A DNA stretch of 64,000 nucleotides. It comes from Eledone cirrhosa. Taxonomy: Eukaryota. The position numbers and the translations under genes are program-made. A model generated the notes under the pieces. That model ran no database searches and was not told where the DNA came from. It saw only the letters and a program-made list of their open reading frames with translations. Numbering within the stretch: position 1 is the first letter of the stretch; every line of letters starts with the position of its first letter. Of the stretch, positions 1 to 14,357 are shown piece after piece. The stretch lies in the NCBI GenBank assembly GCA_964016885.1, contig OZ024755.1, positions 11,036,001 to 11,100,000 of the forward strand, read 5' to 3'.

Positions 1-100
1 TGCACATATATGCTTCGTTTTGCTTTACTTTCCCCAGCATACTTCTCTATTCATATCATGTTTTCATGTGTACCAAGCATGCATCATTTTTCTTGCTCTG

Positions 101-187
<87 letters not shown>

Positions 188-247
188 CATCTCCTCATCT
201 CTCTCTGTCTCTCCATCTCCTCTCTCTCTCTCTCTCGCTCTCTCTCC

Positions 248-286
<39 letters not shown>

Positions 287-1362
287 ATTTATGCAAGTTG
301 CTAATGTTGCTTCCTGGATGATGCAGATTGCACTTTGCTAGCAGCTATCTATTATTTTCATTAAGCTGTCTTTCTTGTTTGTCTAGTGATACGGGTGTCG
401 GGCTCTCGATGGTAAAGTTGTGGGTTCAATTCCCAGAACTGTAGGCATCTTGTGCTTTGTGTGATGCACTTCCTCTCGCGTTCATCTAGTTTCTTTATAT
501 GTGTGTATATGTCCGTATCTCCTGGTGGAGTTTTAGAGATACTGCAGTGACATACGGCGTTTCTAGGGCATTCTTTTAAACGTGGCGAGTAATGATAATG
601 GTTTCTGATTTAGACACAGGTTCAACAATTGGGGGGGGGCGAGGAAAGTCGATTACATCGACCCCAGTAAATGCCTCCGGAAGGATGAAAGGCAAAGCTA
701 ACCTTGGCGGGATTTGAACTCAGAACGTGAAGAGACGTAACTCTATGCCGAAAAGCATGTTATTCAACCGACGATCTACCAATAGCTTCAATTAATGATA
801 ATGTAGTATACTTATTGGAAATATTGGTAATCATTAATATCGGAGGTGAAGGGAAATTAAAACATCTGTAGACATCTGTAGAACGAAACACTGAACGACG
901 TCTGTAGAACGAAACAAATTCATTGTATTTTACACCTCGACAGAGTCGCCCATAAAAATAAACTAAAAAAAACACCATCAAACTTTACTAAACTTTAAAC
1001 AATAGACTGGAACCTTCTCTATAATAGACCTTTGCCCAATTCATACGAATAAACATTTATACGATCGAAAGATTTAGTATCTCAAGAGAATACACTTTGT
1101 TTTTGAAATATTTATTTTTTAATATCAAATGTTGGTGGGGAGAGAAGGGGGTGTTTGCACGTAAGTCTGTCTGGGTGATAATAACAATAGTAATAACAAT
1201 GCTGCTGCTACTGCTGCTACTTCTGCTGTTGCTACTGATGATGATGATGATAGTGATGATGATGATGATGATGATGAGAAGGAGGTGGAGGTGGAGGATG
1301 TTGCTGTTCTGCTCCATACTCTATTGCGCAGTCATAAAACTTCAAACGTTTTGTGCTTATAT

Positions 1363-1447
<85 letters not shown>

Positions 1448-1495
1448 CATATATATATGTGTGTGTGTGAGAGAGAGAGCCTCTGTGTGTGTGTG

Positions 1496-1530
<35 letters not shown>

Positions 1531-1622
1531 TACATATATATATATACATATAAGTTTTTCTCTCACAAGCACACACATTTACACACATACACCACACGTT
1601 TGTGAATGTGTATATATATATA

Positions 1623-1681
<59 letters not shown>

Positions 1682-2085
1682 GTGTGTGTGTGTGAGTGTG
1701 TGTGTGTAAATGTGTGTAGAGAAATTTCGAGAAATGAAAAAGCTCTAAAATCTGTTTATATATTTATTTGTTGTTATTGTATTTACTTCTGAAAAACGCA
1801 TTCACTTCAAACCTAAGTATTAGGTCGATTAATCACTCACTTCCTCACTCTCATTCACGAAGTATTCCGTCGTGGCCCAACATGGAGTGGAGTGTGAACC
1901 ACTAAGACTTAAAGTACCCAAGACACGCCATGCGTTTCAATGGCGACCTTACGACTTTAATTTTAATTTTCAGGAGACCCAGGAGTAGAACTAAGACTGC
2001 AAAGAGCCTAACTAAACGTTGAAATGATTCCACCAATCCACCACCCTTACAATAATAACAACAATGGCTTCTTTTATAAACAGAC

Positions 2086-2148
<63 letters not shown>

Positions 2149-2285
2149 TGTGTGTTATGAAATACTGTTGGCTTCTCGCTAAAACAATTTCTATACCTTT
2201 CATTTATATATATATATATATATATATATGCGTGTGTGTTATGAAATACTGTTGGCTTCTCGCTAAAACAATTTCTATACCTTTC

Positions 2286-2327
<42 letters not shown>

Positions 2328-2380
2328 ATATTGGGGTTTATCAATATAGATCCTGGTAAAGATGAGAGAAGCACTCCCTC

Positions 2381-2411
<31 letters not shown>

Positions 2412-2842
2412 TTTCGGTGGATGATAAAATTGATTTTAAATTGACTCCAGTTCTTGATTGGAACTTATTTTATCGATCTCAGAAGAATTAATGACAAAAT
2501 TAATCTCAATGGGATTTGGAAATGGAAACATAAAGAGACGTTAAATTTCTATGTGGGTGTTGTGTGTTGTGTAACCTGGTCTGTTTTCTATGATATTTGC
2601 AGTATCTCTGCTAGCTTTAATCCAATTTCTATTGGTTTGTATATTGGGGAAACTATAGAAGATTTAGTAGGGAAATTTATTTATCGTGTGTTGATTTTCT
2701 AGGTAGATGTTTATTTTGTGACATAATGTTGTTTGCGAGCCCAAAAATGGCTGACTGAACATATATGCTATTTCTTTTGAAAAAAAACATTTTCTACGTT
2801 CCTTCCTTTTCTCTATCTTTCTATTTCTTTTATTTCTCATTC

Positions 2843-2882
2843 TGTCTTCTAATGAAGGACTAATGCCCGCAACGTTAAGACA
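2843..2882 (+). ncRNA. Decayed minimal hammerhead in a Penelope-like element end
   Basis: tgtctt-CTAATGA-aggactaatgccc-GCAA-cg-tt-aagaca; stem I tgtctt/aagaca intact, two core substitutions. A related element at ~48130-48275 shares the downstream tail and retains GAAACGTTA. Confidence 0.45.
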
Positions 2883-2976
2883 CTTTTCCTACTATATCAA
2901 GCGTTAAACTAATATATATCTTCATTGTAATGTATCGATTTGCTGTTTTGGTTTCCGTTTACCTTTCTGATATAAT

Positions 2977-3037
<61 letters not shown>

Positions 3038-6000
3038 GCATGACCAGTAAAAAAAAAAGAATAAAAGAATATGAAGCTGCATATTATAGTTATTGGACAA
3101 TCAGGACGTACATTGAGTCCAGCATAGATGTTGTATTGTTACTAGTAAGTGTCTCCATTAGTCAATCAAATTATCTGAAGTCTCACAAAGTTTCACACAG
3201 TTTAAATGAGATGCGAACTTACTCGATTTTACTGCAACATTTTATCGTGTGAAGCAATATTAACGAGGAGTAATACACTAACTAAGCAATATACTACTAC
3301 TACTAATCAATCAGTCAATCAAATATCACACATTCACCAATCACCAGTCAGAACCTTTATGATTAAATTGTCCATCTCGTAGCTTTAATGACTTTATCAA
3401 CGCCTTCAATGGTCATCATTTTTAGAAGAATTTAATTGTACAAAGGGCGGCGAATTGGCAGAGATGTTAGAACGTCGTATTGAATGCTTTGCAGTATTCG
3501 TTTCGGCTCTCTGCTCTCCGAGTTCAAATCCCGATGAGGTCAACTTTGCCCTTCACCTATTCAAGATCGAAAACCAAAAGTACCAGTCTAGTATTGGTGG
3601 TCAATTCTTCTTCTATATCTCTTCCAGTCTATCCATTCTCTTCCATTCTCTCCCTCCTCTCACTCTGCATCCTTCTCTGTGAGGCCCCGCTGCTGTGTTG
3701 CACTTTTCGTAAATGTTTTGCATTGGTTTAATGCGGTACAGACAATTAAATGCGCTGATCAGACAAGAACTGATATGGCCATATTTAAAATATTTTTTTC
3801 TCATTTTGAAATTTAATTTTCTTTTTTTTTTCATAATTTTTTGATTTTGTGATATACTACTTCATTGTTTAATTATTTTTTGCTTTAATTATTCGAATAT
3901 TTTAATTATTTTCCTTTATAATATTTTACTTATATTTTATTTATTTATTATATATATATTATGTTTTCACTGAATCCTTACATAGTCAATTAATTATAAC
4001 GATTACTTTTGGTAGTGTTTTTCTTAACATTTTTTGTGGTTTGGGTTGTTCTGGTTGTAGTTGTTGTGACAGTTTATGATTGTTTCATGATGTAGATAAT
4101 CACAGTGCTGATTATTATTGGCGGCGGCGATGATGATGATGATGATGATGATGTTGTTGGTGGTGGCGATGGTGGTGGTACTGATGGTAATGTTTGGTTC
4201 TTGCGGCTATTATTTGCTTTTCTACCAGTGTTATTTTTTGGTTTTAGTTTTCACACATTACAAACTATTTCTTATATGTAGATATATAAGCATGGATATA
4301 CGCACACACACATATATACATACATGCATACATACATAGATATATACATAAATATATATATATGTTTGTATGTGTATTTGCATATATATGTAAGTTTATA
4401 TGCATTTATATATGTCTATATGAATGAAAGCATGTATGTATGTGCATATATAGGTATGCCACACGTAGATCACATACATAGATATACACATATACAGCAC
4501 ACGTACGCCACATATTCACACACATATGTACAACACGCGTGGACCGCACACACATGAAGACACAACAATACAAGGAGGTCACGAGAACCATTTCTAGTCT
4601 GACCACTTCATTAGCTCCACCGAGACTACTTTTATGATACCACAACAATAACATAAAAAACAACAGCAACAACAACAATAGCAATAAGAAATATCCAAGA
4701 TGTCGCTTAAGATAATATAACATAAATAAGACAGTAATTGGTAATCATCAAATATCGATTATATACGATAATTTGCTGAGTATGTGTGGTTGATTGAACA
4801 CATTGAGATTTTCATATGGTGGAGATTGGGTGGGGTGGTTGACACCTCTCCCACATATTATCTTCTTGATGTTCTGACAGTAAAAAAAAATGTTTTTGTC
4901 TTAAAGTCCAATAGGGGCGAGTCTATGTGATCACATGTTCAATAAGAAATGGCTTCCAAGTGTTATTTTCCATTGTCAATACGTCTGGCAAAAGCGTGAC
5001 CGATTTTTTTCTGTTATTTTCTGCGACAGGCGACAGAACAAATACCGCAAAGCATTCCGTCCAGCACTTTAACAATTATTATATTCCACCCTACCCCTAC
5101 CCTGAACTGGTACTTTATTTATTGACCTCGATATTATGGAAAGCAAAGTTTACCTCAGCTGGATTTCAACTTAGAGGGTAGAGAACCAGAATATATACTA
5201 AAGCATTTAATCCGACGCTTTCCCAGCACCAAAATCGCTGACCCTTGCCTAAATTAGAAATCCTTATTATTTTATATAAAATAGGGTGGGTGGTAGCTGG
5301 TGACAGAATTGGTAGACAGTAGGATCAAAGTTATTCCAGTGATGAACATCCCATATTTTTGTTTATATCAAGGACTGTGTACCCACGCAATTCATTAACT
5401 AGGGTGTCAATTATTTTTTTAAAGATCCTTGCAGCATTTTACTAAAACCTTTTGCATTCTGAGTTCAAATCCCTCCGATGTCAACTTTACCTTTTCATCC
5501 TTCCAGTATCGATAAAATAAAGTACCATTCAAATACTGAGAAGAATTTAATCGATGAAGCCCTGCAATCAGAGTTTTAGCTTTCTGCCCATATATCAGAA
5601 TTCATTACAATTCTTTAGAATGAGACATCATTGTAGAGTTCAAAGTATCTTTTCTTGAAAGAAATTCCATTATTTTTACCTTCGGAATTGAGATATCGGT
5701 TTATTTATTTATTTTTGCTTGTTTTTCATTCTTTGTTTCTTGGAATTTTTTGTGGTGGTTCTGTTTTTGTTTTGTTTTTTTTTTGTGTGTGTGGAGGCGA
5801 TTTTTTTAAAAATAAATTCATTAATTTTTTTTCCACTAAAGAATCCTTTAAAAATCTCTATTAATTTTATTGATTTTCGTTTTTTTTTTTTAATTAATAT
5901 TTCCTTATTAATGTTGTCCGTTCCGGTTTGTTGTTGTTGTTGCTGCAGTTATTGTTCTTTTTCACAATCTTCCTTCTTCTTCTTCTTCTTATTATTATTA

Positions 6001-6849
6001 TTATTATTATTTATCGTTGTCTTCCTGATATGTTTGTCCCCCTTAAAGGTTTGTAGAGGTCGTTGGATCACACAATCGTTAAAATAGTCGATATTTAGTT
6101 CTGGCTCTTTTCGTTCTGAGTTCAAATCCTGCCGAGATCAATTTTGTTTTTCATCCATCCAGAATCCAGAGTCGATTTGATATACTGAGGTCAATTCATC
6201 TATCAATGATATTGTCTTTTTAGAAATGCTGTTCATACTTGCAGTTAAGCCTTTAGTTTTTTGTTTTTGTTTTTCATTTTTTTATAATCTGAGGATTGTA
6301 TGATTGGCTCACAGAAAAACAAAAACACCAACCTGACACGTAGCTTTATAGATCTAGGGAAACTATTGTGCCAAACCAAACATAAAGAACCAATAACGAA
6401 ATATGAAACATACTTGATTAAAAAAAAAAGATCAAACATGAAGACAGTAGTGTGTCAATGTAACATATTTGAAAGAAACGCTGTTCCCTTTTTATACATA
6501 TACTTGAAAGTATGGCTCAAGAATATGAACGTTGTAATGAGCCTTGATTTCAATACAATATAGGCAAAGGATATAGGAATGGCATGTAAAGCACGCGACC
6601 AAGGGGTTAAGGTGTTCAGCTCACGATCGTCAAAGCGTGAGTTTGGTCCCCCACCGGTGCATTGTGCCCTAGGTTATCAGTTAGGAAAGTACTCCCTAAC
6701 TGAGAGCCCGGGATGCATACATAGTGATGTTTAATAACTCTAGTATAACAGCATATCAGATAAAAAGCTTTGTTTGTCGGCAGCGACTCGTGTAGGGGCA
6801 TGTTGTCAGAAAACATCACAGTAGCACTAACATGGAAAACTAAATTTAT

Positions 6850-7140
6850 CTATCTTAGGCTAACAACCTGTAAATTAACTCTATATAACTTTATGGTGGT
6901 CTGCTAAAGTTAACTCCAAAGATAGCTCAGCGAAGATTGAGATTGACATGTCAGTGTGTGAGATATCCTGAAGAGATAGCCTCAAATCTAATGCTATGGC
7001 AACCAGCACATGGACAGATGAACTCACCAACTTCATTGACTTACTTCAAAACGACACCGTATCTGAAATATAAACAACGATGGCGGATCAAGACATCTGG
7101 TCTGGATATGTGTCGCTTGTTTAATCGGAAGATCGGCTGA
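6850..7140 (+). mobile_element. RTE-type LINE 3' fragment related to 51432-51900
   Basis: LYGGLLKLTPKIAQRRLRLTCQCVRYPEEIASNLMLWQP aligns with LYGSLPKVSSKVTQRRLRLAGHVHRHSELTLHSVFLWDP. Confidence 0.65.
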
Positions 7141-8194
7141 GGTGAGATAAGATGAGATAAGATATAAAATATTCAGACATTTTTATCTGTAATCTAATCA
7201 GATATTTTAAAATATAGATATAGCGGCACACACATGATGTCAATGTAAGTTGTCATTCGTTTTCGTCTTCTAGAAATATTTCGTCTTCAGAAATATTTCA
7301 ATATTCAATAATTGTAAAGCGCTAGAAATTTCATTAATGTTACAATCCATTATTTGACACAAAGTCATAAGTCACTTGACAAACCCAGCAAACGCGAAAA
7401 TCTAAACAATCGCAGTAAGATTTATTAATAGTTGAATAAATCATTCTGTAAATTCTCTAATAGTAACTATTGAAAACGTAGATTTCTGTTGTGACGAAGA
7501 TGAATAGGTAAAAGTTAATAGTAACACGCCATATACATATGTCATAAAGAATTTTCTATGAGAACATCTTTATCTGACAACAAAAGAATCCCAATTTCAA
7601 TACATATTTCCTAATATATTATTACAGGATTATTAAATCAAAATGTCTGTAGATATTTAAACAATTTTACTGAAAAGGGACATGGGTGGTACAGACGGCA
7701 CTGGAAGCTAAACAGAAACACAGCTTGATTGAAATCTTGATTATTTAGTTTTTGTTCAGCATACATAAAGTAAATAGTATGAATTAGAAATAGCATGAAT
7801 TATTAATAGTATAAGTTAAAGATAGTAAGAAGTAGAAATAATATGAATTAAAAATAGCATAAGTTAAAAATAATAGGAATTATTAATAGTATACGTTAGA
7901 AATAGTATAAGTTAGAAACAGCATAAATTATAATCAGTGTTATAGATTGTATAAGTTAGAAGCAGCACGAGTTAGAAATAAGCTCTTCAGAACATCGGAT
8001 AAAAAGCTTTATGTTTCTCAGCAATGGATCATGTACCACCATGTTATCAGTAAACCTTACAGTGGCCATAAAATAGAAAATCAAACAAGTCCATCCTGGG
8101 CCAATAACTGGCAAATCAAAGGTATTCCAGGAACGACTCTCCCGCTTTTCTTATATGAATTGTTTATCTGACTACATTATTCATTATTCCACTA

Positions 8195-8383
8195 GGGCGG
8201 TGGATTGGCAGTATCGGTAGAGAGTCGGACGCCATGCTTTCCAGCATAGTTACGTCCCTTTACGATCTGAGTTCAAATCCCGCCGAGGTTGACTTTGCCT
8301 TTCATCCTTACAGGGTCGATAAAATACAGTACCAGTAATACACTGGGTAATTGCTGGCCTTGTGCCTAAAGTAGAAACAATTA
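8195..8383 (+). mobile_element. tRNA-derived SINE (Meta/MESC-type core), representative full copy
   Basis: A box tggcagtatcgg, B box gagttcaaatcc, core ctttgcctttcatccttacagggtcgataaaat..agtacc, tail gctggccttgtgcctaaagtagaaac. Further copies at ~601-790(-), 3445-3600, 5105-5225(-), 5430-5600, 6060-6200 and 13057-13158. Confidence 0.8.
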
Positions 8384-9150
8384 TTCATTATTCCACTGTG
8401 ATACTCCCATTTCATGACTGTAAGGTGTAATTTCAGGAAGAAATTGCTGCTATTTCTTAAGATCAAGCGACCCCATAAAAGTTTTCCTGTTTGGCGCTTT
8501 GGCAGTCAACCCAGTTTTCTTTCTTTTATGTCTACTCACAAACATACGCGCACACACACACGCACATACACACATGCACACACACACACACACACTCACA
8601 CACACACTCACACACACACACACACACACACGTACTGGCTGGTTAATTATTTGATTAGTTCGGTTTATTGGCTGGTTGGCTCGTTACTCGATAATTGCGA
8701 ACTGTCTAACAGTTTTATTATTTTTGTTGCTGCTGTTTAACCCTAGGCTGGACTGATAGAACTGGCAAATGATCAAAGTATTGTTAGTAGAATTTGGCAA
8801 ATAGAAACCAAAACTAAAGACAATTCCTCTGCGACTGAACCTGAATTTACGTCATTGCATATATGTGTGTGTGTTCAGCCAGATATATATATATGTATTT
8901 ACCTCTCACCATATTGCAGTTTTGGCGGTCTTATTAACGTTAGTCAACAACCAGGTACTTTCTCAAAACCTCGAAGACTAGGCTTTTTAGAAGCGGCCTT
9001 TACTCGCCTCGTCATAACTACATTAGTGGGTTGTATGAGTTTTCTTGGGAGCTAAGGTTGTTACCCATTGCTCAGAGAGAGAGAAAGAGAGACATATATA
9101 TATAGAGAGAGATAGATTACATGAAACAAAGTTTTGTTTAAATCATTTAT

Positions 9151-9199
9151 TTGCTTACAATTGTTTCTTCCAAACCGAGGTTTGGAGTCTTCGGAGCAA
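9151..9199 (-). ncRNA. Minimal type-I hammerhead-like motif with CCGAAGA core variant (left arm of hairpin)
   Basis: Minus strand: UUGCU-CCGAAGA-c UCCAAAC cucg GUUUGGA a-GAAA-CAAUUG-UA-AGCAA. Confidence 0.65.
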
Positions 9200-9302
9200 T
9201 TATTCAGTGATTTTTAACATACTTGACCTCCTTATTAACACAAGAGACATATAGAAACATATGTACATATTGACCCACAGTATGTTAAAAATCACTGAAT
9301 AA

Positions 9303-9351
9303 TTGCTCCGAAGACTTCATACCTCGGTTTGGAAGAAACAATTGTAAGCAA
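9303..9351 (+). ncRNA. Minimal type-I hammerhead-like motif with CCGAAGA core variant (right arm of hairpin)
   Basis: ttgct-CCGAAGA-cttcatacctcggtttggaa-GAAA-caattg-TA-agcaa; inverted copy of 9151-9199 with 2 substitutions in stem II. Confidence 0.6.
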
Positions 9352-9550
9352 ATAAATGATTTAAACAAAACTTTGTTTCATGTAATCTCTATATAACTGC
9401 TCTGTAAAACAACTGATGTTGTTACATTGAGCTATTTATCTTACTGGTAATAAGATAGTAATAAATTACTGTCTTTCACTATTTAGGGTATAAAATATAT
9501 ATAACTATAAAAGGTTTTAGTATATACATAACCATAAATAGTATCCTTAA

Positions 9551-9588
<38 letters not shown>

Positions 9589-9789
9589 AGAGAGGGAGAG
9601 AGAGAGAGTAAGTTCCACATCAAATTAGCAAACGTGCGTTTCATCGTGCGTTTCACCGGACAGATGTTCAACCCATGTATGACTGCGGTGAGAACGGAAG
9701 TATTTGCTCTAGGGTTCTTATATATTTGATATATATTTATCCTTATCGAGCCCTCTTTGTATTTTGGTCTTCAAATTTATTATTATTAC

Positions 9790-9912
<123 letters not shown>

Positions 9913-10063
9913 TTAACTTTATGGATGCTTAGCTCATTCAATCGTCTGGTATCTATCTATTTATCTAATTAGCTAACAAACTGACTGGTTAGTTAGTTGT
10001 GAAGTCCGCTAACTAGATACTTAACTGGATGGAAAAAAAGCACAAAGGTATTGGATATATACT

Positions 10064-10162
<99 letters not shown>

Positions 10163-10900
10163 TATATATATATATGTCTGTGTGTGTAACTAGATTGTTT
10201 GTAAGGTTACTGAAAATATTGATGTTAACTATGAGGATGATGGAAAAAGGGATGGAGAAGATGATGTTGATGATGATGATGATATTCGAGGTAATATTTT
10301 TATGTGATGATGACGACTATAATGATGATGGTGATAATGAGGAATGGTACAAGGATGAGGATGATGTGTAGGGTAGTGATGGTGATAATGGTGGTGGTGG
10401 TGCTGGTGATGGGGGTGGTGTTAGTTATGGGGACAATGGTGGTGGTGGTGGTGGTTGTGGTGACGATGACGACTATAATGATGACGATGGTAAGGAGGAG
10501 GGATACGTGTAGGGTAGTCATGGTAATGATGGTGATGGTCATTATGATGATGATAATGACGATAATTATGATGATCAGTGTCCTAATAACGTTGATGACT
10601 TCGGAGATAATGATGCGGAAAAAGTGCGTTTTGGAGGGGGATGAGGGGAATGAGGGGGGTGATGAAGGAAAAGGCTGGTGGGCGTGGTGGGGTGGGGTGG
10701 AATGAAAGGAGGGAAGAAGTAAATGTAGAAGTGTAACACTTAAATAAGACTACATAATTAAGATGGCAATTAAAGATTATGGTAAATATGATATTAAGTT
10801 GATAATTATGATAATTAGTATGTGAGGGTAAATGAGCTCATTGCAGACCGAATTAGATTGTAAGTCCATTTCACCTCACATGACTAATGCCGAAGACGAG

Positions 10901-11490
10901 AAGGCTGAGTTGGCAGAATCGGTAGAGCGCCAGAAAAAATATCCTGTTACATTTTTTCTGTGTCTTTACGAACAGAGATCAAATCCCCAGTCAAGAACGG
11001 TGGATTGTCAGAATCAATAGAGCGTCAGACAAATGGTTTGTTACGTTTGGTCTGTCTTTACGACCTGAGTTCAAATCCCCAGTCAAGAACGGTGGGTTGG
11101 CAGTATCAGTGGAGCGTCTGACAAAATGTGTTTCATTTGTTCTGTATCATTTGTATCATTTGTTCTGTATCATTATGATCTGAGATCAAATCACCAAGCT
11201 AGGACAATGGATATTTATAAGGGTGGTCGACTGGCAGAATCGGTTGAGCGCCCGACAAAAGACTTTACAGTATTTAGTAACGACTCTTGACGTTCTGAGT
11301 TAGCTTAGCTTTTATTCTTACGGGGTCAATTTAATCGACCTTCTCCTCCCCAAAAATTGTTGGCCTTGTGCCTAAATCACAAACCAACCGAGGTTAACTT
11401 TGCCTTTCATCCTCACGAGGTCGATAAAATAAAGTGCCAGTAATGCTCTGGGGTAATTGCTGGCCTTATGCCAAAAGTAGAAACAATTAT
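10901..11490 (+). mobile_element. Tandem cluster of Meta-type SINE heads and bodies
   Basis: Four tggcagaatc..tagagcg heads in series, followed by two core/tail segments. Confidence 0.7.
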
Positions 11491-11847
11491 TATTATTATC
11501 ATGCAGCTGTTCTTTATTTTCCATTTTTTTTCTTTCACCTTATTCATTTCCTCCTCCTCTTTCATCTTTTTTCTCCTTAAATTTTTATTTTATCCTTCAT
11601 CTTAATTTTTTTCGTCTTATTTACTGGGTTGTTTTTTCCTCACAATTGATTTTTTTTCTTACCTCTTTCTACTCATGTGTGTCTTAATCTTTTACTTTTC
11701 TTCATGTTGCTCTTGTTAGTGGTGGTGGTGGTGGTGGTGGCAGTGGTCTTTTTATTTTCATGTTGCTGGTGGTGGTGTTATGGGTGTGTGTGTTTGTCTC
11801 TGTGTGTGTATGTATATATATATATATGTATCTATATAAGTTTGTAA

Positions 11848-11880
<33 letters not shown>

Positions 11881-11900
11881 CACGTGTGTGTCTGTGTGTG

Positions 11901-11945
<45 letters not shown>

Positions 11946-12360
11946 GTATATATATGTATATATATATATGTATGTATATGTATATGTATGTATATGTATA
12001 TGTATGTATATATATATATATATATGTGTATATATATATGCGTGTGTGTGTATGTTCATAAGTTTATTTGGTTGAATAATTAGTTGATTTTCGTTTTCTT
12101 CGTTCGTTTCATTTCTTATCCTCTTCCTACTTCTCTTCCTCTTCATCAGCATCATCATCATCATCGTCGTTGCCATCATACACGCTTTTTTTTTTTTCGT
12201 CTTTCACATATTGTCGGCTTTAAGAAAGGACGTCGGTAAATAAATCACCAATTATGGACAGACATTTATTCCTCTTCAACACAGGAATACATTGATCAAA
12301 CAGCAGACAGAGAGACAGAGACTCAGAGAGACAGAGAGACAAAGAGACAAATAGAGAGAC

Positions 12361-12441
<81 letters not shown>

Positions 12442-12560
12442 CAACAACGAAATTCAAGAACACAAACACAAATACATACATATGCAGAAATCTTATCAAT
12501 AGGCAATAGAAAGTTGAACGTAGTCAACATATTTTTTTCACACACACACACACACACAGG

Positions 12561-12596
<36 letters not shown>

Positions 12597-12731
12597 AGTG
12601 TGTGTGTGTGTGTGCGTGCGTGTGTGTGTGATGAATATGTTTATAATATATGTATGAATATACATACATATAATTGCATATTCATATATATAACTGTTCA
12701 TCCAAAACTACACACATAAGCAAATACACAC

Positions 12732-12776
<45 letters not shown>

Positions 12777-12851
12777 AATGTGTGTGTATGTGTGGGTGTG
12801 TGTGTGTGTTTATATATATATATATATATATGTAAAAAATGGGTGAATACA

Positions 12852-13192
12852 ATAAATGTAATCTGAGTTTTTCGAATATTAATAACAACATTCGATTCGT
12901 TTGCAATTATGCAAACAAACCTCAATTTTATAGCCATGTCAGTAGAATGAACCCTTCATTCTTGCTCTTGTGTTGGCATTCTACTGACATGGCTATAAAA
13001 TTGAGGCTTGTTTGCATAATTGCAAACGAATCGAATGTTATTATTAATATTCGAAATCCCGCCGAGGTTAACTTTGCCTTTCATCCATATGGGGTCGATA
13101 AAATAAAATACAAGTAATGCACTGGGTAATTGCTGGCCTTGTGCCAAAAGTAGAAGCAATTATTAATATTCGAAAAACTCAGATTCCATTTA
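12852..13192. repeat. ~95-bp inverted repeat whose right arm is interrupted by a SINE
   Basis: Left arm 12852-12949; right arm 12977-13056 resumes after the SINE, up to ~13192. Confidence 0.8.
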
Positions 13193-13282
13193 TATATATA
13201 TATATATGTATATATATATTTGTATATATATATATATACAGGTTCTCTGCTCAATACAAACCTTCATCACATCTGTGTACAT

Positions 13283-14090
13283 TAGGGTGGCCCTTAGCAA
13301 TAGGTAATTTTCCGAAAGTTAAAATTATGCTCCCACCCCCCTAATCTTGTCCCAAAGGAACGGGATGTACACAGTTTCAACTCAATCGGACAACTGTTAG
13401 GCGACCCTCAAACGCCTTGTAGTTGGACCATAGTATACGCAACGATTAATTCTGTTCAAAAGCGGTATACTGTTCCCTATCTCGACCATTTTCTTTTTTC
13501 TTCTTAGAGAAATTTATGTGGACACATCCAAGCAACCCCAGCAAATGTTTAAAAACGTTCTGAATCAAATTTACCAATAGTTGATTTGAAAAATTCCTGA
13601 AATAACATGAAAAACTTCTTTAAGAGAAACGCATTTTTATTTACAACAATAATTTCTATAGAATCAAAAATATAATGTGAACACTGAACCCTGAATATTG
13701 AACATTATTTTTGCATAAGAGAGGATTTAGAGACAGTTGGGTATCTTTTTATGGTTTTCGGTAACGATCTGTATAAAACAAATTGTTCTCAGTTTCACCT
13801 TTTTTGTGAGAGTGTTATTGTAATCCTGAATGAGTCTGACACCTCTTTCTTCAACAACTCAAGTTTTTTAAGTCCACTTCTATAACCTGGATCATCCTTC
13901 CATGCTGAAGGGTCTTTGTCGGGCAAATCGGTACTGGTAGAAAATCTCGTGAAGAAAGTTTTTGTACTAGGAGTTACAAAAGACGAAAACTCGATGTTTC
14001 TAAAGGAAGTTGGTGTAGAATGTACTTCTTCAGTTGATTTTTTTCTTGTTCCTCTTCTTCACCTTTGACTGCTTCCATCATTGCTCCCCT
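13283..14090 (-). mobile_element. hAT (hATm-like) DNA transposon 3' end with transposase remnant
   Basis: TIR TAGGGTGGCCCTTA at 13283. Minus-strand peptide pieces FSSFVTPSTKTFFTRF ... KDPSAWKDDPGY ... ERGVRLIQDYNNTLTK resemble the hATm C-terminus. Confidence 0.7.
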
Positions 14091-14357
14091 TTATCCTTGC
14101 ACTCCTTGCACTCCTTTTCTCCTTGCTCTCCTTGCTCTCCTTTTCTCATTGCTCTCTTTGCTCTCCTTTTATCCTTGCTCTCCTTTCTCTCCTTTTCTCA
14201 TTGCTCTCCTTGCTCGCCTTGCTCTCCTTTTATCCTTGCTCTTCTTTTCTCATTGCTCTCCTTGCTCTCCTTTTATCCTTGCTCTCCTTTCTCTCCTTTT
14301 ATCCTTGCTCTCCTTTCTCTCCTTTTCTCATTGCTCTCCTTGCTCTCCCTTTCTCCT
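14080..14357. repeat. Pyrimidine-rich minisatellite (ccttgctct / ccttttat / ctcattgctct units)
   Basis: Direct inspection; it produces the three spurious ORFs at 14034-14518. Confidence 0.85.

Larger units (their letters stand above)
9114..9550. mobile_element. Penelope-like non-autonomous element with a ~110-bp inverted repeat
   Basis: Arms 9114-9223 and 9279-9388 are near-perfect reverse complements. The left arm and loop recur at ~39753-39910; the tail 9397-9545 recurs at ~30335-30460. Confidence 0.6.

Noticed and set aside
8195-8290. tRNA gene
   Set aside because: A and B boxes are present but there is no cloverleaf, and it is followed by a SINE core and tail; multicopy and diverged.
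8855-9055. Complex-looking ORF with a ttgcag acceptor as a possible upstream KCNQ exon
   Set aside because: No S1-S3 similarity (no RLWSAGC or RKP-type motifs) in the frames checked.
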